From assembly GCA_044225035.1 (NCBI GenBank), contig JBGAJI010000007.1, positions 4,617-68,616 of the forward strand: 64,000 nucleotides of DNA, in the 5' to 3' direction. The translations under genes and the position numbers were made by a program. Each line of letters starts with the position of its first letter. Within the stretch, counting starts at the first letter, position 1. Of this stretch, positions 50,124 to 61,774 are shown one piece after another. Under the pieces are notes generated by a model. That model ran no database searches and was not told where the DNA came from. It saw only the letters and a program-made list of their open reading frames with translations. Origin of the DNA: Amaricoccus sp. GTDB taxonomy: Bacteria; Pseudomonadota; Alphaproteobacteria; Rhodobacterales; Rhodobacteraceae.

Positions 50124-51149
50124 TTGGCGATCACTTGCATCCACTATGACCTGACCGATCTCTGCAACGCGGGTTGCCCGCAATGCCCGCGCACCAATGT
50201 CGACGGCTGCAAGCCGCAGGATTGGCTCGCCCACGGCCACGAGACGTTGGAGAGCTTTCGCCGGCACAGCCCGCCGGAGTTTCTCGCAGAGCTCGAATCC
50301 GCGTATTTCTGCGGGAATTTCGGCGATCCGGCGGTGGTGCCGGAGCTGATCGAGATCCTGAGCTATTGCTGGGAAGCCCAGCCGCGCCTCAAGCTGCAAA
50401 TCCACACCAACGCCGGACCGCGGACGCCCGACTGGTGGCGGCGGCTGGGCGAGGCGGCCAGGGGCCGGCGCTTCAAGGTCATCGCGGGGATCGACGGCGC
50501 GAGCGACGAGACCAACCGGCGCTACCGCGTGGGCACCAACTTCGACCGGATCATCGAGAACCTGTCGGCGTTCATCGTCGCGGGTGGCGTGGCGGAATGG
50601 CAGATGATCGTCTTTCGCCACAACGAGCACGAGGTCGCCGAGGCCGAGCGGATGGCGCGGCACCTCGGCTTCGCCGGCTTCCGCGCCTTTCCCTCGAACC
50701 GCTTCGGCACCGGCGGCGCGACCCGCTACAGCTATCGCGGCGAGACGTTCGAGCTCGCGCCTCCGGGCCGGTCGCTGGCGCCGAAGTCCGAGATCCGTCA
50801 TACGATCGCCCCGGCCGAGGTGCGCCAGACCGAGGCGACGATCGTCTGCGAGTCGATCGAGAAATCGAAAGCCTTCGTGGATTTCCAGGGCTATCTCCTG
50901 CCCTGCTGCTATGTCGGGCGGCGCCTTTATCATCACCTGCACGGGCCGGACAGCGCGCGGGACCGGCAGATCGGCGCGCTGTTCGACGGATTCGACATGG
51001 AGCGGCTGAATGTGGACCGCGTCGGATTCGCGGCGGCGCGCGCCGCCTATGACGACTTTCTGCGACATCTCGGTCCCTATTGGGACGCGCAGAAGCCGAC
51101 GATCTGCAAATCGGTTTGCGGCAAGCGGCGCCCGGCAAAGATCGCCTGA
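50124..51149 (+). CDS. Radical SAM protein with SPASM/twitch-like C-terminus
   Basis: CNAGCPQC (CX3CX2C), FCGNFGDP, HTNAG, C-terminal C..PCCY..ICKSVCG. Confidence 0.85.
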   Translation: MAITCIHYDLTDLCNAGCPQCPRTNVDGCKPQDWLAHGHETLESFRRHSPPEFLAELESAYFCGNFGDPAVVPELIEILSYCWEAQPRLKLQIHTNAGPRTPDWWRRLGEAARGRRFKVIAGIDGASDETNRRYRVGTNFDRIIENLSAFIVAGGVAEWQMIVFRHNEHEVAEAERMARHLGFAGFRAFPSNRFGTGGATRYSYRGETFELAPPGRSLAPKSEIRHTIAPAEVRQTEATIVCESIEKSKAFVDFQGYLLPCCYVGRRLYHHLHGPDSARDRQIGALFDGFDMERLNVDRVGFAAARAAYDDFLRHLGPYWDAQKPTICKSVCGKRRPAKIA

Positions 51150-51236
51150 TGCGCGAGTGGCGCGCGCGGCGCTTGCGCCGGTCGCGGGGCTGGGGCAGTG
51201 TCGGGCAAGCAGAGTCTCAACGCCGCCGGAGGCCCA

Positions 51237-52271
51237 TTGGCGATCAACGCCCCCTCACCCGCGCCGACCCCGGATGACTCATCCGACAGTGTTCTGCAAT
51301 TTCCAGACAATCGCCTGATGATCGATCTCTGTGGCGAGCTCGACCGCAACATCGTGCAGATCGAGCAGCGGCTCGGCGTCGCCATCCATCGGCGGGGCAA
51401 TCATCTCGCGCTGCACGGCCCCGCGGCGGAGCGCGGCGCGGCGGAACAGGTGCTGCGCGGGCTCTATGCCCGGCTGGAGCAGGGCCGCCCGGTGACGCCC
51501 GGCGATATCGACGCCGTGATCCGCCTGACCCCGGACGCGCCCGCGCGCGAGCTCCGGCGCGAGCCGGGCACCAAGGTCGGCCAGCTCGAGATGTTCAGTT
51601 CCGAGCCGCTGGAGATCCGCACCCGCCGCAAGGTGGTTGAGCCGCGGACCTCGGCGCAGAAGGACTATGTGCGCAAGCTCTTCCGGCACGAGCTCGTCTT
51701 CGGCATCGGCCCGGCCGGCACCGGCAAGACCTATCTCGCGGTGGCCGCCGCCGTCGCCATGTTCATCGAAGGCCAGGTCGACAAGATCATCCTCAGCCGC
51801 CCGGCGGTGGAGGCGGGCGAGCGGCTCGGCTTCCTGCCCGGCGACATGAAGGAGAAGGTCGACCCCTACATGCAGCCGCTCTACGACGCGCTGAACGACT
51901 TCCTGCCCGCCCGTCAGGTCGAGAAGCTGAAGGAAGAGAAGAAGATCGAGATCGCGCCGCTGGCCTTCATGCGCGGCCGCACCCTGTCGAACGCCTTCGT
52001 GGTGCTGGACGAGGCGCAGAACGCCACCACCATGCAGATGAAGATGTTCCTGACCCGTCTGGGCGAGGGATCGCGCATGGTGATCACCGGCGACCGCACC
52101 CAGATCGACCTGCCGCGCGGCGTCGAAAGCGGCCTGGGCGAGGCCGAGCGCCTGCTGAAGGGCATCCGCGACATCTCGTTCACCTACTTCACCTCGAAGG
52201 ACGTGGTGCGCCATCCGCTTGTGGCCAAGATCATCGAGGCCTATGACGCGGCGGATGCGCCATCTCGTTGA
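51237..52271 (+). CDS. phoH: PhoH-like ATPase (YbeZ)
   Basis: GPAGTGKTYLAV, RPAVEAGERLGFLPGD, LAFMRGRT, LDEAQN, DVVRHPLV. Confidence 0.95.
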   Translation: MAINAPSPAPTPDDSSDSVLQFPDNRLMIDLCGELDRNIVQIEQRLGVAIHRRGNHLALHGPAAERGAAEQVLRGLYARLEQGRPVTPGDIDAVIRLTPDAPARELRREPGTKVGQLEMFSSEPLEIRTRRKVVEPRTSAQKDYVRKLFRHELVFGIGPAGTGKTYLAVAAAVAMFIEGQVDKIILSRPAVEAGERLGFLPGDMKEKVDPYMQPLYDALNDFLPARQVEKLKEEKKIEIAPLAFMRGRTLSNAFVVLDEAQNATTMQMKMFLTRLGEGSRMVITGDRTQIDLPRGVESGLGEAERLLKGIRDISFTYFTSKDVVRHPLVAKIIEAYDAADAPSR

Positions 52272-52803
52272 AACCCTGATCGAAAGCCCGGACTGGGAGG
52301 ACTGCGACCTGCCCCTGCTGGCCGAGGCTGCCGGACGGGCCTCGCTGTCGTCGCTGGGGCTGGACCCCGAGGGCTACGCGATCAGCCTGCTGGGCTGCGA
52401 CGACGACCGCATCGCCGGCCTGAACGCGGAATTCCGCGGCAAGCCGGCGCCGACCAATGTGCTGTCCTGGCCGTCCGAGGAGCGCGCGCCCGACTTTGTC
52501 GGCGACATCCCCGAGCCACCCGAGGGCGACCCCGCCGACCCGCTGGAACTGGGTGACATCGCCATCGCCTGGGGCGTCTGCGCCCGCGAGGCCGCCGCGG
52601 CCGGCCGGCGCTTCGACCATCACGTCAGCCATCTTCTGGTGCACGGGGTGCTGCATCTTCTCGGTTACGACCATGTCGAGGACGAAGATGCGGCCTTGAT
52701 GGAGCGGCGCGAGGTGGAGATACTTGCGGCACTGGGGGTGCCCGACCCATATGCGGACGGGTACACCGACGAAAATGCGGGCGGGGACCTCTCCCCGCGA
52801 TGA
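52255..52803 (+). CDS. ybeY: rRNA maturation endoribonuclease YbeY
   Basis: LNAEFRGKPAPTNVLSWP, LGDI, HGVLHLLGYDH. Confidence 0.95.
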   Translation: MRHLVETLIESPDWEDCDLPLLAEAAGRASLSSLGLDPEGYAISLLGCDDDRIAGLNAEFRGKPAPTNVLSWPSEERAPDFVGDIPEPPEGDPADPLELGDIAIAWGVCAREAAAAGRRFDHHVSHLLVHGVLHLLGYDHVEDEDAALMERREVEILAALGVPDPYADGYTDENAGGDLSPR

Positions 52804-52813
52804 CTGGAACAGG

Positions 52814-53704
52814 ATGATGATGGACGCCGAAGGGTCGTCTACGGCAGCGCAGAGCGCGCAGGACTTTACCGAAACTTCCCCCCCCAACGGCTTTTGGCGC
52901 CGTGTCTTTTCCGGCGCACAACGGCCCGCGCTGCGCGCGGTGACCGGCGAAGCTGGCGCCCTCGCGCCGGTGCCGTCGACCCAGCGCCCGGTGCTGTCGA
53001 ACCTTCGTTGGAAGCGAATCAGCGACGTCGCCGTCCCCAAGGGCGAGATCGTCGCCGTGCCCGCCGAGATCGCGCTGCCCGATCTGGTCGAGGTGTTCCG
53101 CGACAGCGGCTTCACCCGCCTGCCGGTCTATGAAGGCACGCTCGACATGCCGGTCGGCATGATCCACCTGAAGGACGTGGCACTGCACTACGGCTTCAAC
53201 GGCCATGGCGCCGGCTTCGACCTGAAGGCGCTGCTGCGGCCGCTGATCTATGTCCCGCCCTCGATGACGGTGGGGATGCTGTTGCAGAAGATGCAGAGCC
53301 AGCGGATGCACATGGCGCTGGTGATCGACGAATATGGCGGCACCGACGGGCTGGTGACCATCGAGGACCTGATCGAGCAGGTGATCGGCGAGATCGCCGA
53401 CGAGCACGACGTGGACGAGGACAGGCCCTGGACCGAGGAGAGCCCCGGCACCTATCTGGCCATGGCGCGCGCACCGCTGGACGATTTCCAGGTCGAGATC
53501 GGCCGCGACCTGAGCCTGCCCGACAGCGATGACGTGGCCGATACCCTGGGCGGGCTGGTCTTCCTGCTCACCGGCCGGGTGCCGGCCCGGGGCGAAGTGA
53601 TCCGCCACCCCGCCGGGATCGAGATCGAGGTGGTCGATGCCGACCCGCGCCGGGTGAAGCGGCTGCGCATTCAGGTTCCGCGCCCCGCCGAAGATGCGAA
53701 ATAG
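52814..53704 (+). CDS. corC: CBS/CorC-HlyC domain protein (YbeX/CorC)
   Basis: [46 protein letters not shown]. Confidence 0.88.
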   Translation: MMMDAEGSSTAAQSAQDFTETSPPNGFWRRVFSGAQRPALRAVTGEAGALAPVPSTQRPVLSNLRWKRISDVAVPKGEIVAVPAEIALPDLVEVFRDSGFTRLPVYEGTLDMPVGMIHLKDVALHYGFNGHGAGFDLKALLRPLIYVPPSMTVGMLLQKMQSQRMHMALVIDEYGGTDGLVTIEDLIEQVIGEIADEHDVDEDRPWTEESPGTYLAMARAPLDDFQVEIGRDLSLPDSDDVADTLGGLVFLLTGRVPARGEVIRHPAGIEIEVVDADPRRVKRLRIQVPRPAEDAK

Positions 53705-55230
53705 CGCCGCGCTGGCGGCACCGCGCCGGACCATCGCGCTCGGCCGCCTGCGGCTGCTGCTGGCCGGGGCGGCGGTCGGACTGGGGCAGGCGCCCTTCGA
53801 CCTTCCGGCCGTCGCGCTGCCGGCGCTGGCCGTGGTCATCGTGCTGGCGCTCGGCGATGGCTGCCGCCCGCGCGAGGCCGCGTGGCGCGGCTGGTGGGCG
53901 GGCTTCGGGCATTTCCTGCTGACGCTCAACTGGATCGTCGATCCTTTCCTGGTGGATGCCGCCCGGGACGCATGGATGGCGCCCTTCGCGCTGGTGCTGC
54001 TGCCCGGCGGGCTCGCGCTGTTCTGGGCCGCGGCCATCGGGGCGGCGGCCTGGCTCCGGCCGCAACCGGGGCTGGCCGGTCGGGCGCTGGCGCTGGCCGT
54101 CGCCTTCACCCTGGCCGAGATGCTGCGCGCCGTCCTCTTCACCGGCTTTCCCTGGGCCATGCCGGCGACGATCTGGCTCGACACGCCCCTCAGGATGCTC
54201 GCGGCCTGGATCGGGCCGCACGGGCTGAACCTCGTCACCCTGCTGGCCGCCGCCGGCCTCGCTGCCGCCTGGGCCGCCACGGGGCGGGCACGGCTGCTGC
54301 CCCTGGGCGCCGTGGCGGTGCTGATCGCGGCCGGTTTCGGCCTTGGCAGCCACCTCTTGCGCGCCGTGCCCGCGACCGCCCCGCCCGGCGCGCCGGTGAT
54401 CCGCCTGGTCCAGCCCGACGCGCCGCAGGAGCTGAAATGGCGCCCGGACATGATCGAGGTGTTCTGGCAGCGCCAGCTCGACCTGTCCGCCCAGCCGGCG
54501 CAGCGGCGCCCGGACGCGGTGATCTGGCCCGACAGGCGCTGTTCTACCTGCTCGAGGACCGGCCCGACCTGACAATGCTGGTCGCCGAGGCGGCCGGCAG
54601 CCCGGTGCTGGCCGGCGCGCAGCGCTTCGACGGGCCTAGGCTGCTGAATGCGCTGGCGGTGATCGACGCAGGCGGCGAGGTGCGCGCGATCTATGACAAG
54701 CACCACCTGGTGCCCTTCGGCGAATTCATCCCCGGCGGGGCCCTGGCGTCGGAACTGGGGCTCGAAGGCTTCGCCACCGACGCCCTCGGCGGGTTCTCGG
54801 CCGGTCCGGGTCCGGTGGTACTCGACCTCGGCAGCCTCGGCCTCGGCCGGGTGCTGCCGCTGATCTGCTACGAGGCGATCTTCCCCGCAACGCCGCCAGC
54901 CCCGGCCCGCGCGCCGACTGGATGGTCCAGGTCACCAACGATTCCTGGTTCGGCAGCTTCGCCGGCCCGCAGCAGCACCTGGCCCAGGCCCGGCTCCGCG
55001 CGGTCGAGCAGGGCCTGCCGCTGGTGCGCGTGGCGCAGACCGGGATCTCGGCGATGATCGACCCGGCGGGGCGGGTCACCGGCCAGATCCCGCTGCACAC
55101 CGCCGGGGCGCTCGATGCCGCCCTGCCGGCGCCGCTGCCGCCGACGCCCTATTCCCGGCTGATGGACGCGCCGCTGCAGGCGCTGCTCGCCCTCGCCCTC
55201 CTTGCGCTGCTGGCCGCACGGCACCGCGCC
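53694..55230 (+). CDS. lnt: Apolipoprotein N-acyltransferase (two or more apparent frameshifts; 3' end approximate)
   Basis: FTGFPW, VQP..PQ..KW (frame 1); YDKHHLVPFGE, ICYEAIF (frame 2); TNDSWFG, RAVEQG, GISAMID (frame 3). Confidence 0.88.
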
Positions 55231-55732
55231 GCCTCCACGCGCTGCTCGCCCCCGTCCCGCGGCCCGCTCGGGACGCGCTTTTTTCCGCGCCGCCGTCCGG
55301 CGCCGGAGACGGTCCGCGTTCGGCGGCTCTGCGCGCACCGGGCCACGGTCCCGCCTCATCGGATTGCTGGCGCGCCCTTTCCGGGGCTCTGCCCGTTCGC
55401 GGCTGGAACGCGCCGGAGCGTTCCTGGGAGCCGCTTCAGCCGTGGCTCCGCCCGTTCCGGAGCCGGGTCACGAAGCCGCTGGTCCTCGCCGGCTTCTCAC
55501 CGTTTTCCGGCCGCGGGGAGCGTTCGGCGCTGGAAACAGTCCACCGGACCGTTTCCGGCGCCCCCCCTTCTTCTTTGGTTCAAATACTCCTGCCGGAGGC
55601 GCGCCGCGCGGAACGCGCGGCGCCGGGCCCAACGGGATGAGGCCGCAGCGCTGAAGGGGGGCGGGAGCCACCGCGGCGCCGCGGCGTGTGCGGCCTTGAC
55701 CTTGCCCCGGCTTCCCCGCAAGAGCCGGCACC

Positions 55733-56486
55733 ATGACCGAACCGCTCGATCCCCCTTGCCGTGACCCCCACGGCCCGGCAAAGGCCGCCCTGGCGCCCTG
55801 GCGCAACTTCTACGGCCGGCGCCGCGGCAAGACGCTGCGCGACAGCCAGCAGGCCTATCTCGACGAGGATCTGGCCGCGCTCGCGCCCGGCCCGGTCGGC
55901 CGGAGGCCAACCCGGCCGGCAGCCCCTCGACCTGGACGGCCTGTTCGGGCCCCGCCCGGTCTGGCTCGAGATCGGCTTCGGCGGTGGCGAGCATCTGGTG
56001 CATCAGGCCGCCCGCAACCCGGATGTGGGCCTGATCGGCTGCGAGCCCTTCATCAACGGCGTCGCCATGCTGCTCGGCAAGGTCCGCGCCACCGGCGTCA
56101 CCAACCTGCGCATCCATCCGGCCGACGTGCGCGACCTGTTCGACGTGCTGCCGCCGGCCTCGATCTCCCGCGCCTTCCTGCTCTACCCCGATCCCTGGCC
56201 GAAGACGCGCCACCACCGCCGCCGCTTCGTCACGCCGCAGTATCTCGACCCGCTGGCCCGGGTGCTGGCGCCGGGGGCGGTGTTCCGGGTCGCCACCGAC
56301 ATTCCCGACTATGTCCGCTGTGACTCTTGGCCAGATGGCGGCGTGCGCGACGATTTCGACGCCGTCGCCGCCACGCCCGATGTCTGGCACCAGCCCTGGG
56401 AGGACTGGATCCCCACCCGCTATGAACAGAAGGCCCTGCGGGAAGGCCGGGTGCCCCATTACCTGACCTTCCGGCGTCGGTCGTGA
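55733..56486 (+). CDS. trmB: tRNA m7G46 methyltransferase (apparent frameshift ~55900-55915)
   Basis: WRNFYGRRRGK, then WLEIGFGGGEH, CEPFING, LYPDPWPK, ATD, TRYEQKA. Confidence 0.9.
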
Positions 56487-57109
56487 CCGGCGCGGATACG
56501 AGGCCGTGAGCGCCGGGATGGCTTGCCGCAATCGTCACGCATCTTGAAAGGCGCGACGGCCCGCGGAACCGGTCCCGCCAGCCTTTCCGCCTGGGCTTCG
56601 TGCCGCAGCAATTGGCGGCCCCAGAACCCGCACCCTACCGCGCCCTGTTCCGCCGGGTGGGCGAGGACTGGCTCTGGGTCTCGCGGCTGGTGATGGACGA
56701 CGACCGGCTCGCCGCGATCCTTGCCGATCCCGCGACCGAGATCTGGACGCTCCGCCGCGCCGCACCCGCCGGGGAGGGCGAAGCGGCCGAGGATCTGGCG
56801 CTTCTCGAACTCGACTTCCGCCAGCCGGGGGCCTGCGAGATCGTGTTCTTCGGCCTCGTCCCCGAACTGACCGGCCGGCGCCTCGGCCCGGCGCTGATGG
56901 CGTTGGCCTTCGCCCGGGCCCGGGCGCGCGGGGCTTCCCGGATCTGGCTCCATACCTGCAGCAACGACCACCCTGCTGCGCTGGCGTTCTATCGCGCCCA
57001 GGGCTTCGTGCCCTTCGCCCGCGCGGTCGAGGTGATGGCCGACCCGCGGCTGGCCGGCCTGATCCGCGCCGATGCCGCGCCCCATGTGGCGCTGATCCCG
57101 CCAGGCTGA
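56483..57109 (+). CDS. GNAT acetyltransferase (5' end with apparent indels)
   Basis: LAAIVTHLE, FRRVGEDWLW, FFGLVPELTGRRLG, WLHTCSNDHPAALAFY. Confidence 0.82.
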
Positions 57110-57167
57110 TGGACGCTGCCGCGCGTGAGCGCTAAAGCGGGCGCGACGTCCAGACGAGGAACCGCCC

Positions 57168-58511
57168 ATGTCCGCCCACGGCCCCGCCACCCCGATGACC
57201 GCCCGCGCCGGCTCGCCCCTGACCGGCACCGCAACGGTGCCCGGCGACAAGTCGATCTCGCACCGTTCGCTGATCCTGGGCGCGCTGGCGGTGGGCGAGA
57301 CGCGGGTCAGCGGACTTCTGGAAGGTCAGGACGTGCTGGATACCGCGAAGGCGATGCAGGCCTTCGGGGCCGAGGTCAGCCGCAGCGGCCCGGGCGCCTG
57401 GTCGGTCCATGGCGTCGGCGTGGGCGGCTTTGCCGAACCCGCCGAGGTGATCGACTGCGGCAATTCCGGCACCGGCGTGCGGCTGATCATGGGCGCCATG
57501 GCGACCTCGCCGATCACGGCGACCTTCACCGGCGACGCCTCGCTCCGGAAGCGGCCGATGGGACGGGTGACCGATCCCCTCGCGCTTTTCGGGACGCAGT
57601 CCTTCGGCCGCGCCGGGGGACGGCTGCCGATGACCATCGTCGGCGCCGCGGCCCCGGTGCCGGTCCGCTACCGCACGCCGATGCCCTCGGCGCAGGTGAA
57701 GTCCGCGGTGCTGCTGGCCGGGCTCAACGCGCCGGGCCAGACCGTGGTGATCGAGGCCGAGGCGACCCGCGACCATTCCGAACGGATGCTCGCCGGCTTC
57801 GGCGCCGAGATCACCACCGAGATCACCCCCGAAGGTCGGGTGATCACCCTGACCGGCCAGCCCGAGCTGAAGCCCCAGACCATCGCGGTGCCCTCGGACC
57901 CGTCCTCGGCCGCCTTCCCGGTGGCCGCCGCGCTGATCGTCCCCGGATCGGAGGTGCTGGTGCCCAACATCGGCCTGAACCCGACCCGCGCCGGACTGTT
58001 CGCCACCCTGCGCGAGATGGGCGCCGATCTGGTCTACGAGAACGAACGCCTGGAAGGCGGCGAGCCGGTGGCCGACCTGCGCGCCCGCTTCTCGGACCTG
58101 ACGGGGATCGAGGTGCCCCCCGACCGGGCGCCCTCGATGATCGACGAATACCCGATCCTGGCCGTGGTCGCGGCGAATGCCACCGGCACCACGGTGATGC
58201 GCGGGGTGAAGGAACTGCGCGTCAAGGAAAGCGACCGGATCGACGCCATGGCGCGCGGCCTGGAAGCCTGCGGCGTGACGGTCGAGGAGGACGAGGACAC
58301 CCTGATCGTCCATGGCCGCGGCCCCGGCGGGGTGATCGGCGGCGCCACCTGCGCCACCCATCTCGACCATCGCATCGCCATGGCGTTCCTGTGCCTCGGC
58401 CTGACCACCCGGCTGCCGGTGACGGTGGACGACGCCGGCCCCATCGCCACCTCGTTCCCGGTTTTCGCCCAACTGATGCGCGGCCTGGGCGCCGATCTGA
58501 GCCCGATCTGA
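57168..58511 (+). CDS. aroA: EPSP synthase
   Basis: [54 protein letters not shown]. Confidence 0.97.
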   Translation: MSAHGPATPMTARAGSPLTGTATVPGDKSISHRSLILGALAVGETRVSGLLEGQDVLDTAKAMQAFGAEVSRSGPGAWSVHGVGVGGFAEPAEVIDCGNSGTGVRLIMGAMATSPITATFTGDASLRKRPMGRVTDPLALFGTQSFGRAGGRLPMTIVGAAAPVPVRYRTPMPSAQVKSAVLLAGLNAPGQTVVIEAEATRDHSERMLAGFGAEITTEITPEGRVITLTGQPELKPQTIAVPSDPSSAAFPVAAALIVPGSEVLVPNIGLNPTRAGLFATLREMGADLVYENERLEGGEPVADLRARFSDLTGIEVPPDRAPSMIDEYPILAVVAANATGTTVMRGVKELRVKESDRIDAMARGLEACGVTVEEDEDTLIVHGRGPGGVIGGATCATHLDHRIAMAFLCLGLTTRLPVTVDDAGPIATSFPVFAQLMRGLGADLSPI

Positions 58512-58644
58512 GCCCTACCTGAACCGGATCCGGGGTCCGGCCCCGGCCGGGTTCGCCGCGTCATGCCGCACTGCCGCGGGGCCTTGCTTTGACAGGCGCG
58601 CGGCCGGCGTGCTTGACTGGACGCGCAAGCCTAGGGAGGGGACC

Positions 58645-60237
58645 TTGCGGCCAGAAGACAAGGACAGCGGGATTGCCGATCTTCTCGTGATCGGCGGCGG
58701 GATCAACGGGTGCGGCATCGCCCGGGACGCGGCCGGGCGCGGTCTGCGGGTGACGCTGGCCGAGAAGGACGATCTCGCCAGCGCCACCTCGTCGGCCTCG
58801 ACCAAGCTGTTCCATGGCGGGCTCAGGTATCTGGAATACTTCGAGTTCCGGCTGGTGCGCGAGGCTCTGGTGGAACGCGAGGTGCTGCTGGGCGCGATGC
58901 CCCACATCGCCTGGCCGATGCGCTTCGTGCTGCCCTGGCATCCCTCGATGCGCTTCGAATCCCGGACCCCGACCTCGCACCTTCTCTCGGTGGTGATGCC
59001 GTGGATGAAGGGGCGGCGCCCGGCCTGGCTGGTCCGGCTGGGGCTGTTCCTCTACGACCATCTGGGCGGGCGCAAGATCCTGCCCGGCACCACGTCGGTG
59101 GACCTGCGCCGCGACCCGGCCGGGGCGCCGCTGCAGGACCGTTTCGAGCGCGGCTGGGAATATTCCGACTGCTGGGTCGAGGACAGCCGGCTGGTGGCCC
59201 TGAACGCCCGCGACGCCGCCGCCCGCGGCGCCGAGATCCTGACCCGGACCAGGGTCGTCTCGGCCGAGGTGGTGGACTGGGTCTGGCAGGTCGGGCTCGA
59301 GGACGCCGTCACCGGCCGGCGCTTCACCCGGCAGGCGCGGATGCTGGTGAACGCCGCCGGTCCCTGGGTCGGGTCGGTGCTGCACGACACCCTGCGACTT
59401 GCCACGCCCGAGCGGGTCCGGCTGGTCCGCGGCAGCCACATCGTCACCCGCAAGCTGTTCGACCACGGCAAGTGCTATTTCTTCCAGGGCACCGACGGGC
59501 GGATCATCTTCGCCATCCCCTACGAGACCGACTTCACCCTGATCGGCACCACCGACATGGAAGCCGCGGATCCCGACCAACGGCCGGTCTGCACCGCCGA
59601 GGAACAGGCCTATCTGCTGGCCTTCGCCTCGCAATACTTCCGTGATCCGGTGACGGCGGACGACATCCTGTGGACCTATTCCGGGGTGCGCCCGCTCTAT
59701 GACGACGGCGCGGCCACCGCCACCGCGGCGACCCGGGATTATGTGCTGCGCTTCAACCGAAGGGCCGGGGCGCCGGTCCTGAACGTCTTCGGCGGCAAGA
59801 TCACCACCTATCGCCGGCTGGCCGAGCACGCGATGGAGAAGGTCAGCCAGGCCTTCCCGGGCATCAGCGGGCCCTGGACCGCCGGCGTGCCGCTGCCGGG
59901 CGGCGATTTCCCGGTGAAGGGCGTGGCCGAGCTGATCGCGGCGCTGCGCCTGGCCCATCCCTTCCTGGACGAGACCCAGGCGCGCCGGCTGGTGCGCGCT
60001 TATGGGACCGACGCGGCGCGGCTGCTGTCCGGGGCGCGGAGCCGGGCCGATCTGGGGCGCGACTTCGGCGCCGGGCTGAGCGAACGCGAGGTGCGCTGGC
60101 TGATGGCGCAGGAATTCGCCCGCACCGCCGAGGACGTGGCCTGGCGCCGGTCGAAACTGGGGCTGCGGATGACCGAGGCCCAGATCGACGCGCTGCAGGC
60201 CTTCATGGACGCGGCGGTGCTGAAGGCCGCCGAGTGA
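58645..60237 (+). CDS. glpD: FAD-dependent glycerol-3-phosphate dehydrogenase
   Basis: [40 protein letters not shown]; TTG start after SD GGGAGG. Confidence 0.95.
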   Translation: MRPEDKDSGIADLLVIGGGINGCGIARDAAGRGLRVTLAEKDDLASATSSASTKLFHGGLRYLEYFEFRLVREALVEREVLLGAMPHIAWPMRFVLPWHPSMRFESRTPTSHLLSVVMPWMKGRRPAWLVRLGLFLYDHLGGRKILPGTTSVDLRRDPAGAPLQDRFERGWEYSDCWVEDSRLVALNARDAAARGAEILTRTRVVSAEVVDWVWQVGLEDAVTGRRFTRQARMLVNAAGPWVGSVLHDTLRLATPERVRLVRGSHIVTRKLFDHGKCYFFQGTDGRIIFAIPYETDFTLIGTTDMEAADPDQRPVCTAEEQAYLLAFASQYFRDPVTADDILWTYSGVRPLYDDGAATATAATRDYVLRFNRRAGAPVLNVFGGKITTYRRLAEHAMEKVSQAFPGISGPWTAGVPLPGGDFPVKGVAELIAALRLAHPFLDETQARRLVRAYGTDAARLLSGARSRADLGRDFGAGLSEREVRWLMAQEFARTAEDVAWRRSKLGLRMTEAQIDALQAFMDAAVLKAAE

Positions 60238-60265
60238 CCGGGACGCGACAGCAAGGACAGGCCGC

Positions 60266-61759
60266 ATGACCCATGTACTGGCGATCGACCAGGGCACCAC
60301 CTCCAGTCGGGCGATCCTGTTCGACGCCCGGATGAGGATCGCCGCGGTGGCGCAGCAGGAGTTCGCCCAGCATTATCCCTGCTCGGGCTGGGTCGAGCAT
60401 GACGGCAACGACCTGTGGACCACCACGGTCGCCACCTGCCGCGACGCCATCGCCCGCGCCGGGATCGAACCGGCGGGCATCGCCGCGATCGGCATCACCA
60501 ACCAGCGCGAGACGACGCTGGTCTGGGACCGCGCCTCGGGGCGCCCGGTGGGCCGCGCCATCGTCTGGCAGGACCGGCGCACCGCCGATTTCTGCCGCGA
60601 GTTGCGCGAGGCCGGGCACGAACCTGCGATCACCCATCGCACCGGGCTGCTGCTCGACCCCTATTTCTCGGCCACCAAGCTGAAATGGATCCTCGACGAG
60701 GTCGACGCCGACCGCAGACGGTCGCGCCGGGGCGAGCTGCTGTTCGGCACCGTCGACAGCTGGCTGATCTGGCACCTGACCGGGGGTCGCCGCCACGTCA
60801 CCGACGCCACCAACGCCTCGCGCACGATGCTCTACGACATCCGCAAGGGCCGCTGGTCGCGGACCATCTGCGATCTGTTCGACATCCCCGCCGAGGTGCT
60901 GCCCGAGGTGCTGGACTGCGCCGCCGCCTTCGGCGAGACCGACCCGGGCCTGTTCGGGCAGGCAATCCCGATCCGCGGTGTCGCCGGCGACCAGCAGGCA
61001 GCCACGGTGGGGCAGGCCTGCTTCGGCCATGGCATGATGAAGTCCACCTACGGCACCGGCTGTTTCGCGCTGATGAACACCGGCCCGGTCCCGGTCGCCT
61101 CGACCCACCGGCTGCTGACCACCATCGCCTATCAGCTCGACGGCCGGCCGACCTATGCGCTGGAAGGCTCGATCTTCATCGCCGGGGCGGTTGTGCAGTG
61201 GCTTCGCGACGGGCTCGGGCTGATCCGGGCGGCGGGCGAGACGCAAGCGCTGGCCGAAGCCGCCGACCCCGGGCAGGAGGTGGTGCTGGTGCCCGCCTTC
61301 ACCGGGCTGGGCGCGCCCTACTGGAATGCCGAATGCCGCGGCGCGATCTTCGGGCTGACCCGGAACACCGGCCCGGCGGACCTGGCGAAGGCGGCGCTGG
61401 AAAGCGTCGCCTTCCAGACACGCGACCTGATGGAGGCGATGGCGGCCGACCGCGCGGCCGGGCCCGGCGATGGCGCGGTGCTCAGGGTCGATGGCGGCAT
61501 GGTGGTGTCCGACTGGACCATGCAGGCGCTGGCCGACATCATCGGCGCCCCGGTCGACCGGCCCGAGATCACCGAGACCACGGCGCTTGGCGCCGCCTGG
61601 CTCGCCGGGATGGCCGCCGGGGTCTATCCGGGGCAGGAGGATTTCGCCCGCACCTGGGCGCTGGAGCGCCGCTTTTCCCCGCGGCTGGACGCCGGCACCC
61701 GGGACGCGCGCTATGCCCGCTGGAAGCAGGCGGTGGCGGCGACCCTGTCGGTGGTCTGA
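60266..61759 (+). CDS. glpK: Glycerol kinase
   Basis: [53 protein letters not shown]. Confidence 0.97.
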   Translation: MTHVLAIDQGTTSSRAILFDARMRIAAVAQQEFAQHYPCSGWVEHDGNDLWTTTVATCRDAIARAGIEPAGIAAIGITNQRETTLVWDRASGRPVGRAIVWQDRRTADFCRELREAGHEPAITHRTGLLLDPYFSATKLKWILDEVDADRRRSRRGELLFGTVDSWLIWHLTGGRRHVTDATNASRTMLYDIRKGRWSRTICDLFDIPAEVLPEVLDCAAAFGETDPGLFGQAIPIRGVAGDQQAATVGQACFGHGMMKSTYGTGCFALMNTGPVPVASTHRLLTTIAYQLDGRPTYALEGSIFIAGAVVQWLRDGLGLIRAAGETQALAEAADPGQEVVLVPAFTGLGAPYWNAECRGAIFGLTRNTGPADLAKAALESVAFQTRDLMEAMAADRAAGPGDGAVLRVDGGMVVSDWTMQALADIIGAPVDRPEITETTALGAAWLAGMAAGVYPGQEDFARTWALERRFSPRLDAGTRDARYARWKQAVAATLSVV

Positions 61760-61774
61760 TCGTGCGTCCGGGGC

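Noticed and set aside
55230-55732. SAM/SAH riboswitch or tRNA in the lnt-trmB gap
   Set aside because: No riboswitch core or cloverleaf recognised. No tRNA or rRNA genes were detected in the window.
53694-57109. lnt, trmB and GNAT as true pseudogenes or programmed frameshifts
   Set aside because: Multiple scattered single-base indels, several in short G runs, with no slippery heptamer or stimulatory structure; lnt is normally essential. Sequencing error is more parsimonious.
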